A DNA stretch of 64,000 nucleotides from the human T2T-CHM13v2.0 reference genome, Homo sapiens, in assembly GCF_009914755.1 (NCBI RefSeq), contig NC_060946.1; one strand, given 5' to 3'. Of this stretch, positions 62,201 to 64,000 are shown piece after piece; positions within the stretch are counted from its first letter, which is position 1, and every line of letters starts with the position of its first letter. Made by a program: the position numbers and the translations under genes. The notes under the pieces were generated by a model. It was not told where the DNA came from. It searched no databases and was given only the letters and a program-made list of their open reading frames with translations.

Positions 62201-64000
62201 GGTGATTTAACTCTTCTCTAGGTTGTGCCCACAGGGGGATTGAGACATATCTCTGCACTGATCCCGAGGTGATACAACTCTTGCCTGGTCTCTGCCTACT
62301 GTGGACATTGTGACATATCTCTGCACTGATCTCCCAGGTGCTGTAACTTTAGTCTAGGCTCTGGCTACACGGCATTGTGACATATCACTGCACTGATCAC
62401 CCAGGCGATATAACTCTTCTCTAGGATCTGACCACAGGGTGCTTTGTGACATATCCCTGCAATGATCACCCAGGTGATATACCACTTGCCAAGGCTCTGC
62501 CTAGAGGGGCATTGCAATGTATCTCTGCACTGATCACCTAGGTCTTGTAGATATTTTCTAGGATCTGCCTACAGGGTGTTTTGTGACGTGTCCCAGCAAG
62601 GATTACCCAGGTGATGTACCTCTCATCAAGGCTCTGCCTACAGGCACATTGTGATGTATCTCTGCACTGATCACCTAGTTCATGTAAATTTTGTCTAGGC
62701 TCTACCTACGATGGCATTGTGACATATCTCTGCACTAATCATCCAAGTGATGTAACTCTGGTCTAGGATGTGCCTAAATTAACTTTTTGACATAACCCTG
62801 TACTGATCATCCAGGTGATGGAGCTTTTGTCTAGGCTCTGCCTAAGGGGGCATTGTGACATATTTCTGCATTGATCACCCAGGTGGCGAACTCTTCTCTC
62901 GGATCTGCCTATGGGGGCATTGTGAGAAATCTCTGCACTGATCACCCAGGTGATGTAACTGTTGTGTAACCTCTGCCTACAGGGGAATTGTGAGAGATCT
63001 CGCCACTGATTACCCAAGTGATGTAACCGTTGTCTAGGCTTTGCGTACAGGGGGCTTTGTGACATACCTTTGCACTGATCACCCAGGTGATGTAACACAT
63101 CTAAGTTCGGCCTAAAGGAGCTTTGTGACATATCTCTGCACTGATCGCTTAGGTGAAGTAACACTTTTATAATAATTGCCTACAGGGAATTTTGACAAAT
63201 CTCTGCACTGATCACCTAGGTGATGTAACTCTTGTCTACCCTCTGTCCAACGGGGCATTGTGAAATATCTCTGCACTGATCACCCAGGTGATTCAACTCT
63301 TGACTAGGAACTGCCTACAGAGGTAATTGTGAAATATCTCTGCACTGATAAACTAGGTGGTGTAACCCTTGTCAAAGCTCTGCCTACAGGGGCGTTTCCA
63401 CATATCCCTGAACTGATGACAGAGGTGATGTAACTCTTGCCTAGGCTTTGCCTACAGGGAACATTGGACCTATATCTGCACTGATCACCCAGGTGATGCA
63501 ACTCTTGCCTAGGCTTTGCCTACAGGGGACATTGTGACATATCTCTTCAATGATCACTCATGTGATGCATCTCTTCCCTAGGCTTTGCCTACAGGGGACA
63601 TTGTGACATATCTCTGCACTGATCTCCCAGGTGCTGTAACTTTAGTCTAGGCTCTGGCTACACGGCATTGTGACATATCACTGCACTGATCAACCAGGTG
63701 ATAAAACTCTTGTATAGGCTCTGCCTACAGGGGGATTGTGACCTACCTCTGCACTGAGCACCCAGGTGATATAACTCTTCTCTAGGATCTTCCTACAGGG
63801 TACTTTGTGACATATCCCTGCACTGATCACCCAGGTGATCCATCTCTGGTCTAAGCTCTGCCTAAAGGGGCATTGTGACAGATCTCTGCACTGATCACTC
63901 AGGTGATGTAAGTATTGTCTAGGCTCTGCTTCAAGGGGCCTTGTCACATATCTCTGCACTGATCACCCAGGTGATGTAACTCTTGTCTAGGCTCTGCTTC
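56217..64000 (+). repeat. Canonical 28-mer HOR units continuing past the window end
   Basis: Landmarks at 57630, 59536, 61441 and 63347; 1-bp deletion near 61003 (tctgctatgg vs tctgcctatgg). Confidence 0.92.

Larger units (their letters stand above)
1..64000 (+). repeat. Beta satellite (68-bp Sau3A / BSR) tandem array, ~940 monomers, head-to-tail, running off both window ends
   Basis: Monomers of 66-69 bp match the known hominoid beta-satellite consensus GATCACCCAGGTGATGTAACTCTTGTCTAGGCTCTGCCTACAGGGGCATTGTGACATATCTCTGCACT, with a Sau3A GATC at most monomer starts. No non-satellite sequence or inversion seen. Confidence 0.97.

Noticed and set aside
5077-63164. Recurrent 133-137 aa minus-strand ORF (MIIKVLHHLSDQCRD...) with His/Cys repeats that look zinc-finger-like
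   Set aside because: It is the translation of reverse-complemented monomers (HHLGDQCR and ITWVISAE are two frames of the same core). It is broken by stops or a frameshift in many units, lacks C2H2 spacing and has no gene context.
1806-63959. Recurrent 60-89 aa minus-strand ORFs (MHHLGDQCRY..., MISAEISH..., MQRYVT...)
   Set aside because: They appear and vanish with single SNVs. The minus-strand bias reflects frequent TGA/TAA/TAG on the plus strand. Any database proteins resembling them would probably be satellite translations.
1-64000. CRISPR-like look: conserved palindromic core with more variable intervals at ~68-bp period
   Set aside because: The intervals are homologous to each other and recur every 1906 bp, so they are not unique spacers. 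There are no cas genes or leader, and the monomer is beta satellite.
1-64000. Alpha satellite/CENP-B boxes, D4Z4/DUX4, LSau, rDNA, Alu or L1
   Set aside because: The period is 68 bp, not 171 bp, and no GC-rich, poly(A) or other non-satellite segment interrupts the array.

Overview
The whole 64-kb window is one uninterrupted, single-orientation array of primate beta satellite (68-bp Sau3A/BSR family). Its consensus is GATCACCCAGGTGATGTAACTCTTGTCTAGGCTCTGCCTACAGGGGCATTGTGACATATCTCTGCACT, with about 940 monomers. I see no genes, RNA genes, transposons or CRISPR arrays; all listed ORFs are translations of the satellite's minus strand. The monomers form a homogeneous 28-monomer, 1906-bp higher-order repeat (HOR). 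I number its monomers M1-M28 from the landmark GATAAACTAGG, which occurs 34 times counting single-base variants. Structural variants: (i) a 27-mer lacking M9 in the first unit; (ii) a ~13-kb block (~32.3-45.3 kb) of seven copies of a different 27-mer lacking M6, with its own SNV haplotype; (iii) one out-of-register 34-bp half-monomer deletion at ~32480; (iv) a 13-monomer (885-bp) deletion at ~56200 across 22 bp of identity. Shared rare SNVs record one-unit, multi-unit and long-range (31 and 42 kb) copy events. I found no new protein-coding system; what is interesting here is the HOR architecture and its recombination history. All comparisons were made by eye, not by computed alignment.
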